Shown here piece after piece: positions 1-11,989 of a stretch of DNA of 64,000 nucleotides; position 1 is the first letter of the stretch; every line of letters starts with the position of its first letter. The position numbers and the translations under genes were made by a program. Origin of the DNA: Mobula hypostoma (Eukaryota); assembly GCF_963921235.1 (NCBI RefSeq), contig NC_086097.1:22136001-22200000 (forward strand). Direction: 5' to 3'. The notes beneath the pieces are model-generated. The model was not told where the DNA came from and made no database searches. It saw nothing but the letters and a program-made list of their open reading frames with translations.

Positions 1-1731
1 TCTGCCTGACATCCTCTTTGAATGTGTCCTACTTTGTTGCATTTTCTGCATGGTTCACTTTTAAATGTCAATTGCTCGAGTGTTTATAAGCCCCTGGCAC
101 AATGGTAACACAATTTGTTCAGTCAGGCAGGTCTCTGTCTAGATGCTGCAATTTTGTTCATGTTTTCTTTCAATCCTGACTGCAACTCAGTTGCCTCTGT
201 TTCTGCTGTTTCTATTGATACAGTGATTTCAACTGCTCTTTTCAATGTGTGTTGTGTTTCAGTTAGGAGCCATTTTTCAATGCTTTCTCATAAGATTCCA
301 CAAACTAATTGATCTCTCAGTGTATCATTAAGCCGAAGACTGAACCGACAATGTTCAGACAATCTCTTCGATTTATCCACACATGTTGAAATGGACTCTC
401 CTTCCTTTTAATTCTGCATATGAAGCGTAAAGCATCCTGCAATCAACAATGGTTCTGGTTCTAAATGTTCTTGCATTCTGAGGTCTCCGCCGGTCAGAGT
501 TGATCATGGATATTGTATCCTAATTGTCTAGATACACAAACCTGGGCAGTATGATATGGAGAGTAAGCTGTTGCCCATGTAACAAGCTCCCCCTCTCCAT
601 GCATCTGATGAACCCAAAGGAATGGTAGAGACCAATACAGTTTGGTATCAGAAGCATTGCAGGAGTTGCTGGTCAGCATTGAACTTAATGTGTGACTGCC
701 TTAGGGACTCCAGTTTCGGACTTTTCCTTCAGGATTTACTCCTGAAGCCTTTCCCATGAGTAGGTATAGCCGCAAGGCAGCGGAGATTTGAGATCAAAGG
801 TTTCCTTTTCCTAGCTGAGCTGCAAAACATGGCTGATGAACCCTATTGGCCTGAAGCAATTGGTTTTAAGGCAACAGTAACCCACCTTTGCCCCTTCTCC
901 TGTCAGTAGAAAAGGTTCCGCTGGCCTTAGTAGCTAAACCACATGTGAAGGCCAAGACCTGGACTTGGTTGTCAAAGGCTATTTGAGGTGTAAGCCACTG
1001 GGAGCATTTAATAGGTGGGAGCTTGTCCCCATTACCATACCCCGGCTATAAGAGCCTTAAGGTTGTTATATTACTTGCATTACTTTCACAATATTAGCAA
1101 AGCTCGTTTCAGCTGGTTTGGTTGGAGCAGACAAACTTTTAACAAACTGTATGCACTTCCACTGATTGCACTCAACAAAACTGGCATCCACTTTTTATTG
1201 GTTCTTTCATTTGCTTTAAAATGCTGCTCAATTTGTTCAGTATACATTAGCCACTTATCAGCCATGCAATCAAACGCATGTAGCCAGCCATTTCTACTCT
1301 TTTGTTATTTATGATCATTATCACCCAGTACTCACTATTTATGAATCTGTCAATTAATCTGTTTTATGCCTTTTTTAAAAACTCAAATGTCTTGCTGTGC
1401 TTTTCTTTTAACTTGAACATCTGGCCATGCTTCAACAGGTAGGTAGTCGTATCGGGTTCATTTAAAACTTCATTGTCATCACTGTTATGTTTTATAACTC
1501 CAAAACATAAAACTAATTGAAAAAAAAATGGGAGCCCAGAAGAAGGTATCTTGGTTTCATCTTTACTTTAGCGAAGTACACCCTTGTGATGTGGTGGCCC
1601 TGATGATGTATTTCATCCATGTGCTTTTACATATAACCCATAAAGAATTATTTAAACAAACAAAGAATGGTTAATCAAACAATATATTTACCAGATTACT
1701 CACATATTACTGCAATATTAAATACACAACA
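1..1731 (-). mobile_element. Gypsy-type LTR retrotransposon, 5' part (LTR plus decayed gag), continuing off the window
   Basis: LTR 1483-1731 has TGTT...AACA termini. Minus strand reads gag-like ...AFDCMADKWLMYTEQIEQHFKAN... then MQEHLEPEPLLIA...LRDQLVCGI... and a CCHC knuckle CRKCNKVGHIQRGC near 10-50. Interrupted by an insertion at 478-1073. Confidence 0.8.
478..1073. mobile_element. Unclassified ~0.6-kb insertion into the Gypsy gag
   Basis: Flanked by an exact 8-bp direct repeat CTTGCATT (470-477 and 1074-1081). Removing it restores the gag reading ...IVKVMQEHLEP... No terminal inverted repeats seen. Confidence 0.7.
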
Positions 1732-2099
1732 TTGATCACTCTCTTTCCCCTCAGACCCTCTTTCTTGCACTGTAAAGCTATGTCCTCTCATTTTTGAAGC
1801 CCTTACTATGGGAGAAGTGTTGCAACTATCTCCCCCATACCTGTGCATTTCAAAATCTTATGTGCTGTACTTCTATCAGGTTACACCTCAGTCTTATTCC
1901 CTCCAGAGGAAACAAACCCAACCTATCCAGTCGTTGAAGCTTTTGTATCTGTTGCCTGATGGGAGAGAGAAGAAGAGATAACGTCAGGGGTGGGTAGGGT
2001 TTTTGATTATGTTGGCTGCTTTACTGAGGCAGCGAGAAGTATAGGGACCATGCATAGAGGGAAGTCTGATTTCCATGATGTGCTGTGCTTTGTTCACGA

Positions 2100-2885
2100 C
2101 TAAGGATCATAAGACATAGGAGCAGAATTAGGCCAGTTTCCTCTGCCATTCCACCATGGAGGATTTGTTATTCCTCTTAACCCCATTCTCTTGCCTTTTC
2201 CCTGTGACCTTTAAAATGTACTCAATGTTTTATTCTCCACAGCCATCTGTGGCAATGAATTCCACAGATTCACCACCTCTGGAGAAAGAAATTCCTCCTC
2301 ATCTCTGTTCTAAATAGACATCCCTCTGTTCTGAGGAGGTGCCTTTCAGTCCTAGATTCACCCGCCATAGGAAACATCCTCTCCACGTCCACTCCATCTA
2401 GGCTTTTCAACATTCGATAAGTTTCAATGAGATTCCCCCTCTTTCTTCTAAACTCCAGTGAGTATAGGACCAGAGCCATCAAATGCTCCTTATATATTAA
2501 CCCTTTTATACCCAGAATCATTCTCATGAACCTCCACTGGACCTTCTCCAATGTCAGCATATCTTTTCTAAGATAAAGGGCTCAAAGCTGTTCACAATAC
2601 CCCACGTGCAGTATGACCAAGGCATTGTATGCCTCAGTATAACATCCTTGTTTTTATGTTCTAATCCTCTCAAAATGAATGCTAACATTTCATTTGTGCT
2701 CCCTACCATCAACTCAGCCTGAAGGTTAACCTTTAGGGAATCCCGCACAAGGACTCCCCAGTCCCTTTGCACCTCTGATTTTTTTAGTTTTCCCCCCATT
2801 TAAAAAGTGGTCTAAGCCTTTATTCCTTCTACCAAGATCATAACCATACACTTCCCTAGACTATATTCCATTTGTCACTTTTCTG
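2100..2885 (-). mobile_element. CR1 LINE 3' fragment (decayed)
   Basis: ORFs 2270-2799 contain EVQRDWGVLV, LAFILRGLE and LYSLEFRRKRGNLIETY, typical of the CR1 ORF2 C-terminus. CR1 3' tail near 2105. Confidence 0.85.
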
Positions 2886-2904
2886 CAGATCCTTGCATTC
2901 ATCT

Positions 2905-3420
2905 GCAGAGCATTTGCCATACCAAGCTGTTAGGCATTCATGCAGAATGCTTTCTATGGAGCGTTGATAAAACACTTGTACAAGTTGTCAGGGATATGCT
3001 GAATTTCTTTAGCCTCCTCAGGAAGTAGATAAGTTGGTGAGCTTTCTTGGCTGTGACATCAAGTGGATGGACCAGGAAGGACAGGTTGTTGGTGATGCTC
3101 ACTCCTAGGAATTTGAACCCTCTCAACCTCAACCCTTCTGATGTAGATCGGAGCATGTGCACTGACCCCTTCCAGAGGTCAGTGACCGACTCTTCCATCT
3201 TGTTGACATTGTGGAAAAAGTTGTTGTCATGGAACAATGTTACTAAGCTTTCTATCTCCATCCTGCACTCCAACACATCATTATTTGAGATATGGCCCAC
3301 TACAGTGATAACATCTGCACACCTGTCACAGGATTTAAAGCAGAATATGGCCATGCAGTCTTGAGTGTACAGACAGTAGTTCCAGCATTGAATAATAATG
3401 ATCTTATTGATTGTTCTAAT
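2905..3420 (-). mobile_element. Rex1/Babar-like LINE RT fragment
   Basis: CADVITVVGHISNND...FKFLGVSITNNLS...KKAHQLIYFLRRLKKF. Confidence 0.75.
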
Positions 3421-3484
3421 CTGACAAAACCTAGGTCAAGGTCCAGAGCTTGGTGAGAACGGAGGTAGAAATTCATCAATTCAT

Positions 3485-3590
3485 CACAGGGAAAACGGAC
3501 AGACTGCTTACAGACAGCGGCGGGAATTGAACCTGGGTTGCTGTTACTGTAAAGTGTGTGCTAACCACTATGCTACTGTGTCGCCCATAG
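3485..3590 (-). mobile_element. tRNA-derived SINE head fragment
   Basis: Reverse complement has an A-box-like TAGCATAGTGG and a B-box GGTTCAATTCC. Confidence 0.6.
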
Positions 3591-4229
3591 CAACACTACA
3601 GCCAGCTTGCCCACTTTGCACTATGGTGGACAATTTTTTACTTTAATTATGTTATTTCTTGTAAAAATTATATATAATTGCATGTTTTTCTTGTGAATGT
3701 TATGTCTGTATGTGTCTGTGATTCTGCTGCAAGTAAATTTTTCGATGGACCTCTGCACACATGTACTTTGACTTTCAGCTGGCAAGACCATAGTAGTGAG
3801 AATATTTAGGTGAAAGAAACAGAACTTTGAGTATTTAATGTCAAAAATAGTAAGAGAGTCACAAGCTGTGTATTTAAAAAATAATTTAAATTTCACAAAT
3901 GCAATTTTTGGAAATTTTGAAGATACAAATGACATGGAGAGAAAATGCTAAGTGCAGTAAATTTAATCTCACTTCTTTCTCAACTATTATCATTGATACA
4001 TTAGCAGGATGAAGCAGTTCAATTAACAAAGCTGTGTTCCTTCAGTTCCATCACCATAATGGAAGAAGAGGGCTGATAGATGTGAGGGATGGTTTGGTTT
4101 GGGATATGGGAAGCAGAGATTTGGCAACTCATGTTTAAAAAGGTGGGAGGTATAGATTCATTAGGGTAGCTAAACGGTTACAAAAACGTAGAGGAAGATT
4201 TCTGCAGCTGAAGAGCTTTGAAGAAGTAC

Positions 4230-4860
4230 ATCAGGCAACATTTAAGGAGGTTAATAAATAGTCAACGTTTTGGGACTGCACAGGAAGATGGAAGAAGCCA
4301 GAATAAGAAGCTGGAGAAGGGGAAAGACTGGCAGGTGATAGGTAAGACCAGGTGAGGGGGAAGGTAGGTTGGGCAAGGGGAAGAACGAAGATGCTGCGTG
4401 GTGATAGGTGGAGGAGGTAAGGAGCTGAAGAAGAAGGAACCTGATAGGACAGGACCATTTAAAAAAGGGAAGGAGGAGAGGCACCAGAGGAATGTGATGG
4501 GGAAGTTAGAAGAAGAGAAGGGGTAAGAGCCAGAATGGGGAATGGACAAAGAGAGAAGGTGGGGTGGGGGAGAATTACTGGAAGTTCGAGAAATCAATGT
4601 TCATGTCACCAGGTTGAGGGCTACCCAGGTAGAATATGTGACATTGTTCATCCAACCTGAGAGTTGCTTCGTTGTGGCAATGAGGGAGGCCATGGGCCAA
4701 CGTGTTTGAATGGGAATGGGGAGTCAAATTGAAATGGTTGACCACTGGGAAATTCTGTCTTTCGTTGCAGATTAAATCTACATTGGGTTTCAGCATTGTA
4801 GAGGCAGCTGCACTGGTATTGCTCTGGATTTCCAGCATCTACAGAATCTCTTGTATTTAT
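4230..4860 (-). mobile_element. Penelope-like element 3' remnant (GIY-YIG endonuclease C-terminus plus pyrimidine-rich terminal region)
   Basis: PVVNHFNLTPHSHS...CHNEATLRLDEQCHIFYLGSPQPGDMNIDFSNF matches the fish PLE endonuclease tail (HFN...L.P.GMN pattern). Confidence 0.75.
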
Positions 4861-5179
4861 GTCAAAAGATAGATAGACTCAGGAGAATTTAGGGAAAAGG
4901 GAATAAATTGTTTTAGTCACAGAAATCTCAAGAAAAACAACAGAAACTGGACATCTGAAACAAAAATAGACAATGTTGGAAATCACCTGGTCCTGCACCC
5001 CTATGGAAAGAAAAACTGAGTTACTATTTCAGATCAAAAAGAGTCAGCTCAAGGATTCTTTAGCTAAAACATTGTCTCTGTTTTTGTTTCTGTTTCCATA
5101 GATGCTGACTGACCCACTGGACTTTTTTTTTCGCATTTTCTGTTTTGGTTTAGTGTTCGTCATGGGGTTAAGTAAGTTA

Positions 5180-5420
5180 CTAACATTTGAACATCTGATT
5201 TAGGTTCAGGCAGTTAACAGGGAGAAGGATGGAGTCGGGGACCAGGGATGGGCAATGGTGAAGGGTGCAACACTTCTTGTCAATACTCAGAAGGAAGAAC
5301 TTTCTGTTCATCCAGCAATGGAGTCTGACAATATAGAGATGGTCGAGGAACCAAGGGAAGTGACATTGAGGTAATGCCATGTGACGGTGTAACCATGGAA
5401 ACAGGTGAGTCACAATGAGG
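5180..5420 (-). mobile_element. Old L2-like LINE RT fragment
   Basis: LHCWMNRKFFLLSIDK resembles the L2 motif WMxxNFLQLNxxKTE. Confidence 0.45.
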
Positions 5421-5740
5421 CACCACATAGACCAGAATTAGGAGATTCAAGATTCAGATTTATTTACCACATGTAAATTGAAACATACAGTGAAATGTGT
5501 TGTTTGCATTAACAACCGACACACCAAGGATGTGCTGGGGCAGCCCACAATTGTCGCCACACATTCCAGCGCCAACATAGCATGCCCACAATGCTCGGCA
5601 GAGCATCACAGTACAAAACAAAACAGAGCACAACAAGCAACAAATCAAGTTCCATTCCTCGCTCCCATCTCTGCACATACACAATCCTCTAGCTTGAGTT
5701 GAGCCTCCAGCTTCCAGTACACTTGGGCTCGGACTCACAA

Positions 5741-8670
5741 ACATAAGAACATAAGAAATAGGAGCAGGAGTAGGCCATCTGACCCGTCGAGCCTGCACCG
5801 CCATTCAATAAAATCATGGCTGATCTGGCCATCTCCACCTACCTGCTGTTTCCCCATAACCCTTAATTCCCCTACTATGCAAAAACCTACCCAACCTTGT
5901 CTTAAATATATGTACTGTGTTACGTACCCCGTAACTGGGTTGTCAAACCAGCAGAAATGGAACACCTGTTGGAGTTTGTGATTACTAGGAACTAATAAAG
6001 TTGTATTAAAGAAATAAGTAATACAATACACTAACCACAAAGATATAAATGTAACAGGTTAGCAATGATAGTATACACATATACACAGAAATAGGGTAAA
6101 AGGAATCAACCAAGCTCTATCACAGTCTAGGGGTAAAATGATCAGTCTTAAGGTGAAGCGGAGTTCAGTTCAGTCTAGTGCAGTTCAAAGTAATCGCTGT
6201 TGTTGTACTGTTGGAGAGAGAGAGAGATGCAGTTGGTTTCAGGCAAACCTTTCGATGCCTTCTGATCCAGCTGTGGTCACCGACTGTGATCCCTCTGTTT
6301 CGGATGCGATCGTTTTTCCGTGGTGAACCGGGCACCCAGGCAAGGGTGGACACATACCAGATCCCCACCGATTGTACCTTTTCACCCTATGAGCCTCTGA
6401 CCAATTCCTGCGAATCAGTCCTCCAGACTCCCACCAACTTGTGGGGCACAATGCTCTTTCCAGGGTCTCGTAGTGTGTCCTGTGCCTCAGCAAACCCATT
6501 ATTTTTATCCCCCTGATGGGGTATCACCTGTCCATCAAACTTCAAACAGTTCAGGTTCAAAGCAAACTGTCTGTGGCAGACGCCAACATCTGAATTATGT
6601 GTCGCTTTCTCGTTAATCTCTCTCTTCTCTCTTATTAGCATTTTGAATGGTTCTCCATTTTCTCTCGTTATCTCTCTCATTAGCATCATCCGTTCTGCAG
6701 CTCTGCTTGGCATCACACATGACAACTGAGGTAGCCTCCACTGCTTGGGCAGAGAATTCCACAGATTCACCACTCTCTGGTAAAAGCAGTTCCTACTCAT
6801 CTCCGTCCTAAGTCTACTCCCCCAAATCTTGAGCCTATGTCTCCTAGTTCTACTCTCACCTACCAGTAGAAACAACTTTCCTGCCTCTACCTTATCTATC
6901 CCTTTCATAATTTTATATGTTTCTGTAAGATCTCCTCTTATCCTTCTGAATTCCAACAAGTACAGTCCCAGGTGACTCAATCTCTCCTCATAGTCTAACC
7001 CCTTCATCTCTGGAATCAACCTGGTGAACCTCCTCTGCACCACCCCCAAAGCCAATATAGCCTTCCTTAAGTAAGGAGACCAGAACTGCATGCAGTGCTC
7101 CAGGTGCGGCCTCACTAGTGCCCTGTACAGTTGCAGCATGACCTCCCTTTTCTTAAGTTCAATCCCTCTAGCAATAAAGGCCAACATCCCATTTGTCTTC
7201 TTGATAGCTTGCTGCACCTGTGAACCAACATTTTGTGATTCATACACAAACATTCCTTACTCCCTCTTCACAGCAGCATGCTGCAATTTTTTACCATTTA
7301 AATAATAATCTGCCCTTTCATTTTCCCTTCCAAAGTGGATGACCTCACATTTACCAACATTGTACTCCATCTGCCAGTCCTTCACCCACTCAGTTAACCT
7401 ATCTAAATCTCTCTGTATCTTCTGCACAATTTGCTTTTCCACTCAATTTAGCAACATTAGCAAACTTAGATACACTACACTTGGTCCCCTATTCCAGATT
7501 GTTAATGTGTATTGTGAAAAGTAGCGGGCCCAGCACCGACCCCTGCGGCACACCATTCACCGCTGATTGCCAACCAGAGTAACACCCATGTATCCCAACT
7601 CTCTGTCATCTATTAATTAACCAATCCTCTGTCCATGCTAATACATCACCTCCAACTCTATGCATCCTTATCTTATGGATGTCTTTTATGCGGCACCTTA
7701 TCAAACGCCTTCTGGAAATCCAAGTAAATAACATCCACCTGTTCATCTCTATCCACTGCACTCATTATATCCTCAAAGAACTCTAGTAGGTTTGTCAAAC
7801 AAGACCGCCCTTTACTGAATCCATGCTGCATCTGCCTGATGGATCCATTTCTTTCCAGATGCCTTGCTATTTCTTCTTTAATGATAACTTCAAGCATTTT
7901 CCCAACCACAGATGTTAAACTAACTGGCCTATAGTTGCCTGTGTTTTGCTTCCACCCTTTTTTGAACAGTGGCATGACACTTGCCATCTTCCAATCCACT
8001 GGGACCTTTCCAGAGTCCAGAGAATTTTAGTAAATTATCACCAAATCCTCTACTATAACTTCTGCCATTTCTTTCAGCACCCTGAGATGCATTCCATCAG
8101 GACCAGGGAACTTACCTATCTTCAGGCCCACAAGTTTGCTCAGCGCTACCTGTTTAGTGATAGCTATAGTATTGGGGTCCTCACCTCCCATCCATTTCAC
8201 AACATCTTTCTTTGACAAGTTAGATGTGTCCTCCACCATGAAGGCTGACACAAAATAGTCATTCAAAGCCTTGGCCACTTCCTCATTACCCAATATCAAT
8301 TCCCCTTTCTTGTCCTCTAAGGGACCGATGTTCAATTTTTCCACTTTATATAATTCTAAAATATTTTACGATCCATTTTTATATGTTGTTCTAGTTTATT
8401 TTCATAATCTAGCTTCCCTTTCTTTATTGCTCACCTACTGGTACTTTGTTGCTTTTTAAAGTTTCCCCAATCTTCCAATTTCCCACTCCTCTTGGAGACT
8501 TTGTATGCACAGGGTTTTAGTTCAATGCCTTCTTTTATTTCCATAGTTATCCAAGGTTGGTTCTCCCCACCTTTAATGTTCCTGCTTTTAACTGGGATGT
8601 ACTTTTATTGAGCACCTCTCTAAGAGAAAAATCTCTTTAAAGTCTTCCACTGTTCTTCAACCGTCCCACC
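5741..8670 (-). mobile_element. CR1 LINE, 5'-truncated and decayed, split by a solo LTR
   Basis: RT motifs [53 protein letters not shown] and LEFRRIRGDL. Tail ACATAAGAACATAAGAAATAGG at 5741. Confidence 0.9.
5918..6724. mobile_element. Solo LTR (807 bp) inserted in CR1
   Basis: TGTTACG...CATGACA termini. 4-bp TSD ACTG at 5914-5917 and 6725-6728. CR1 sequence rejoins cleanly across it. Confidence 0.85.
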
Positions 8671-8824
8671 ACGGGCAGGCCTCGGCTTCTCAACTCTTGA
8701 GACCCTTGAAATGAGATGGAAGAGATCCATGGGAAAAGTGGAAATAATTGTGATATAGTCTTAAAAGGCATAAAAAAAAGTTGGTTACTTGAAAAGGGAA
8801 ATATAGACAGAGAGTGAAGGTGAA

Positions 8825-9420
8825 TGCAGCCGGGATTTGACCAAGTGTCCACAGATTGAATTATATCAGCCATCACTGTCTGGTCTGGTCTGGTGCAGCA
8901 TCCCCTCACAATATACGAAGACTACAGTAAGCTGTCAGGTCAGCAGAAAAGGCCATTGGCTGCCGAACTTCTATGTATCCGGGACAAAGAAGCTGGCAGG
9001 AAGAATTATTGCGGATGCAGCCTACCCTGCAACCTGCCTTTTCCAAAAGCTCCCTTCTTGAAACTACTATAGGGCTATTAAACAAAAACCATGCCAACTT
9101 AAAAGTATCTTCTCCCAGGCAGTTAATCTGACTATCCATTCTAGTTAGCCCTTCCAACCACTCTATCTATTACCCCAAGTCACTGCACGACACTGTAAAC
9201 ACTTTAAACAACCTTTTATAATTCTGTTTTCATTGCTAATACATGCTGCTATTTGTGTGTTTATGCACATTTACTCCATATCTGTACCCTAACCTCTAAC
9301 TTTATTTGTTATATAATTCTTCACAATTGTTGAATGTTGCTTTTTATTGCCAACACCAGAGCAAATTTCTAAAATGTGTACATGTGCGTGGTGAATAAAG
9401 TTGATCTTTGATCCTTGATC
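8825..9420 (+). mobile_element. Decayed Rex1/Babar-like LINE 3' end
   Basis: IIADAAYPATCLFQKLPS resembles the I..D..HP...LF..LPSGRRYR tail. AATAAA plus a short tandem tail (GATCTT) near 9400-9420. Confidence 0.55.
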
Positions 9421-10139
9421 TTTTAAGAGATTCCATGGACTCAGGCTGTGAGACTGAGAACTTCCCTCATCCCTGCACATTCGAAGGCTCCAGATAAATT
9501 CTGTCAGTTCTGCACTCTGGGACTGACCTTGGAACAGCACATTATCAGCAAACAGGGAATTTGCAGCTGCAGCTGTTCCACTTGACCTGACTCATCCACT
9601 CTCTGATGCCTGCCAACCTGGTTTTAGATAATTAATTGAAAGAAGTGTGACACATATTTGGGGTTCAGCGGCACTGCAGTCACTCTACTGGATGAGTAAC
9701 TTAGGAACCTGGACTAATGATCTAGAGACAAGAGCTCAAGCCCTAACCAAGGCAACCGGGGAATTCAAACTTGGTCAATGAAATCATCTTGGGGTAAATG
9801 CTTGAATCAGTGAAAATGATTACGTAAGAAACCATCTGACACCTAGCCATGAGGTCAACTCTTAACCGGTTAACCACTTAAGCGGTTCCGGTCAAGAGCT
9901 GCAATGTCTGTTGATGTTATGGCTCAGATCTGGTTGTTCTTTTAGGCTCGTAGAGATGGGTTTGGAGGCAGCACAGAGAGTTAGGGGTCAGATTAGGGTT
10001 TAGGGAGAGAGATGAGGTGGAGTTAGAGGGTCAAAGGGAGTAAATAGTGAGATTGGGCGGGAGTTTGAGTCCAGTTTGGGGATGCTGGGATGCTCTGTAG
10101 TTAAACGTCAGCAATCCCAGAGGCCCATCCTGGGGTTGG

Positions 10140-10141
<2 letters not shown>

Positions 10142-10212
<71 letters not shown>

Positions 10213-10233
10213 ACAGAGAGAGAGAGAGAGAGA
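10142..10233. repeat. (GT)n microsatellite followed by (GA)n
   Basis: Direct reading of the sequence. Confidence 0.98.
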
Positions 10234-10347
10234 AAGTGGTGTGTTTTTCTGCTGTTACCTTGTTTTGTTTCGATGTTTTTATTATGCTGTACTGGGATGG
10301 TGACACTTATCAAAGTTCAAAGTAAATTGATTATCAGAGTATATATA

Positions 10348-11987
10348 CAGTTGAAGTCAGAAGTTTACATACATCTTAGCCAAATACACTTAAACTCAGT
10401 TTTTCACAATTCCTGACATTTAATTCTAGAAAACATTCCCTGTCTTAGGTCAGTTAGGATCACTACTTTATTTTAAGAATGTGAAATGTCAGAATAATAG
10501 TAGAGAGAATGATTTACTTCAGCTGTTATTTCTTTCATCACTTTCACAGTGGGTCAGAAGTTTACGTACACTTTGTTAGTATTTGGTAGCATTGCCTTTA
10601 AATTGTTTAACTTGGGTCAAATGTTTTGGATAGCCTTCCACAAGCTTCTCACAGTAAGTTGCTGGAATTTTGTTCCATTCCTCCAGACAGAACTGGTGTA
10701 ACTGAGTCAGGTTTGTAGGCCTCCTTGCTTGCACACGCTTTTTCAGTTCTGCCCTCATATTTTCAATCGGATTGAGGTCAGGACTTTGTGATGGCCACTC
10801 CAATACCTTGACTTTGTTGTCCTTAAGCAACTTTGCCACAACTTTGGAGGTATGCTTGGGGTCATTATCCATTTGGAAGACCCATTTGTGACCGAGCTTT
10901 AACTTCCTGGCTGATGTCTTGAGATGTTGCTTCAATATATCCACATAATTTTCCTTCCTCATGATGCCATCTATTTTGTGAAGTGCACCAGTCCCTCCTG
11001 CAGCAAAGCAGCCCCCACAACATGATGCTGCCACCCCCATGCTTCACGGTTGGGATGATTTTCTTCGGCTTGCAAGCGTCACCCTTTTTCCTCCAAACAT
11101 AACGATGGTCATTATGGCCAAACAGTTCAATTTTTGTTTCATCAGACCAGAGGACATTTCTCCAAAACGTATTATCTTTGTCCCCACGTGCACTTCCAAA
11201 CTGTAGTCTGGCTTTTTAATGGTGGTTTTGGAGCAGTGGCTTCTTCCTTGCTGGGCAGCCTTTCAGGTTATGTCGATATAGGACTCGTTTTACTGTGGAT
11301 ATAGATACTTGTCTACCTGTTTCCTCCAGCATCTTCACAAGGTCCTTTGCTGTTGTTCTGGGATTGATTTGCACTTTTCGCGCCAAAGTATGTTCATCTC
11401 TAGGAGACAGAATGCATCTCCTTCCTGAGCAGTATGATGGCTACGTGGTCCCATGGTGTTTATACTTGCATACTATTGTTTGTACAGATGAACGTGGTAC
11501 CTTCAGGCATTAGGAAATTGCTCCCAAGGATGAACCAGACTTGACATCATTTTCTGACCTCAATCCGACAGAATATTTGTGGGCAGAACTGAAAAAGCGT
11601 GTGCGAGCAAGGAGGCCTACAAACCTGACTCAGTTACACCAGTTCCGTCTGGAGGAATGGAACAAAATTCCAGCAACTTACTGTGAGAAGCTTGTGGAAG
11701 GCTGCCCAAAACGTTTAACCCAAGTTAAATGATTTAAAGGCAATGCAAACAAATACTAACAAAGTGTATGTAAACTTCTGATCCACTGGGAAAGTGATGA
11801 AAGAAATAAAAGCTGAAATAAATCATTCTCTCTACTATTATTCTGACATTTCACATTCTTAAAATAAAGTAGTTATCCTAACTGACCTAAGACAGGAAAT
11901 GTTTTCTAGGATTAAATGTCAGGAGTTGTGAAAAACTGAGTTTAAATGTATTTGGCTTAGGTATATGTAAATTTCTGACTTCAACTG
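10348..11987 (-). mobile_element. Sleeping Beauty-like Tc1 (IR/DR) DNA transposon, rearranged with two 3' ends
   Basis: TA|CAGTTGAAGTCAGAAGTTTACATAC...GTAAATTTCTGACTTCAACTG|TA, with TA TSD and inner direct repeats near 10550 and 11765. Inverted arms 10348-10781 and 11554-11987. Confidence 0.92.
10576..11543 (-). pseudogene. Tc1 DD34E transposase pseudogene, closely resembling Sleeping Beauty transposase
   Basis: KSGSSLGAIS*CLKVPRSSVQTIV...WSDETKIELFGHNDHRYVW...KHGGGSIMLWG (frameshift) CFAAGGTGALHKIDG...FQMDNDPKHTSK...WPSQSPDLNPIEN...KGNATKY*. First ~19 codons are absent, with one early stop and a frameshift. Confidence 0.9.
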
Positions 11988-11989
11988 TA

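Noticed and set aside
6387..7253. 288-aa ORF as a novel fusion protein
   Set aside because: CR1 C-terminus reading by chance into the inserted solo LTR
10031..10416. ORFs with HT/CV repeats
   Set aside because: Translations of the (GT)n microsatellite
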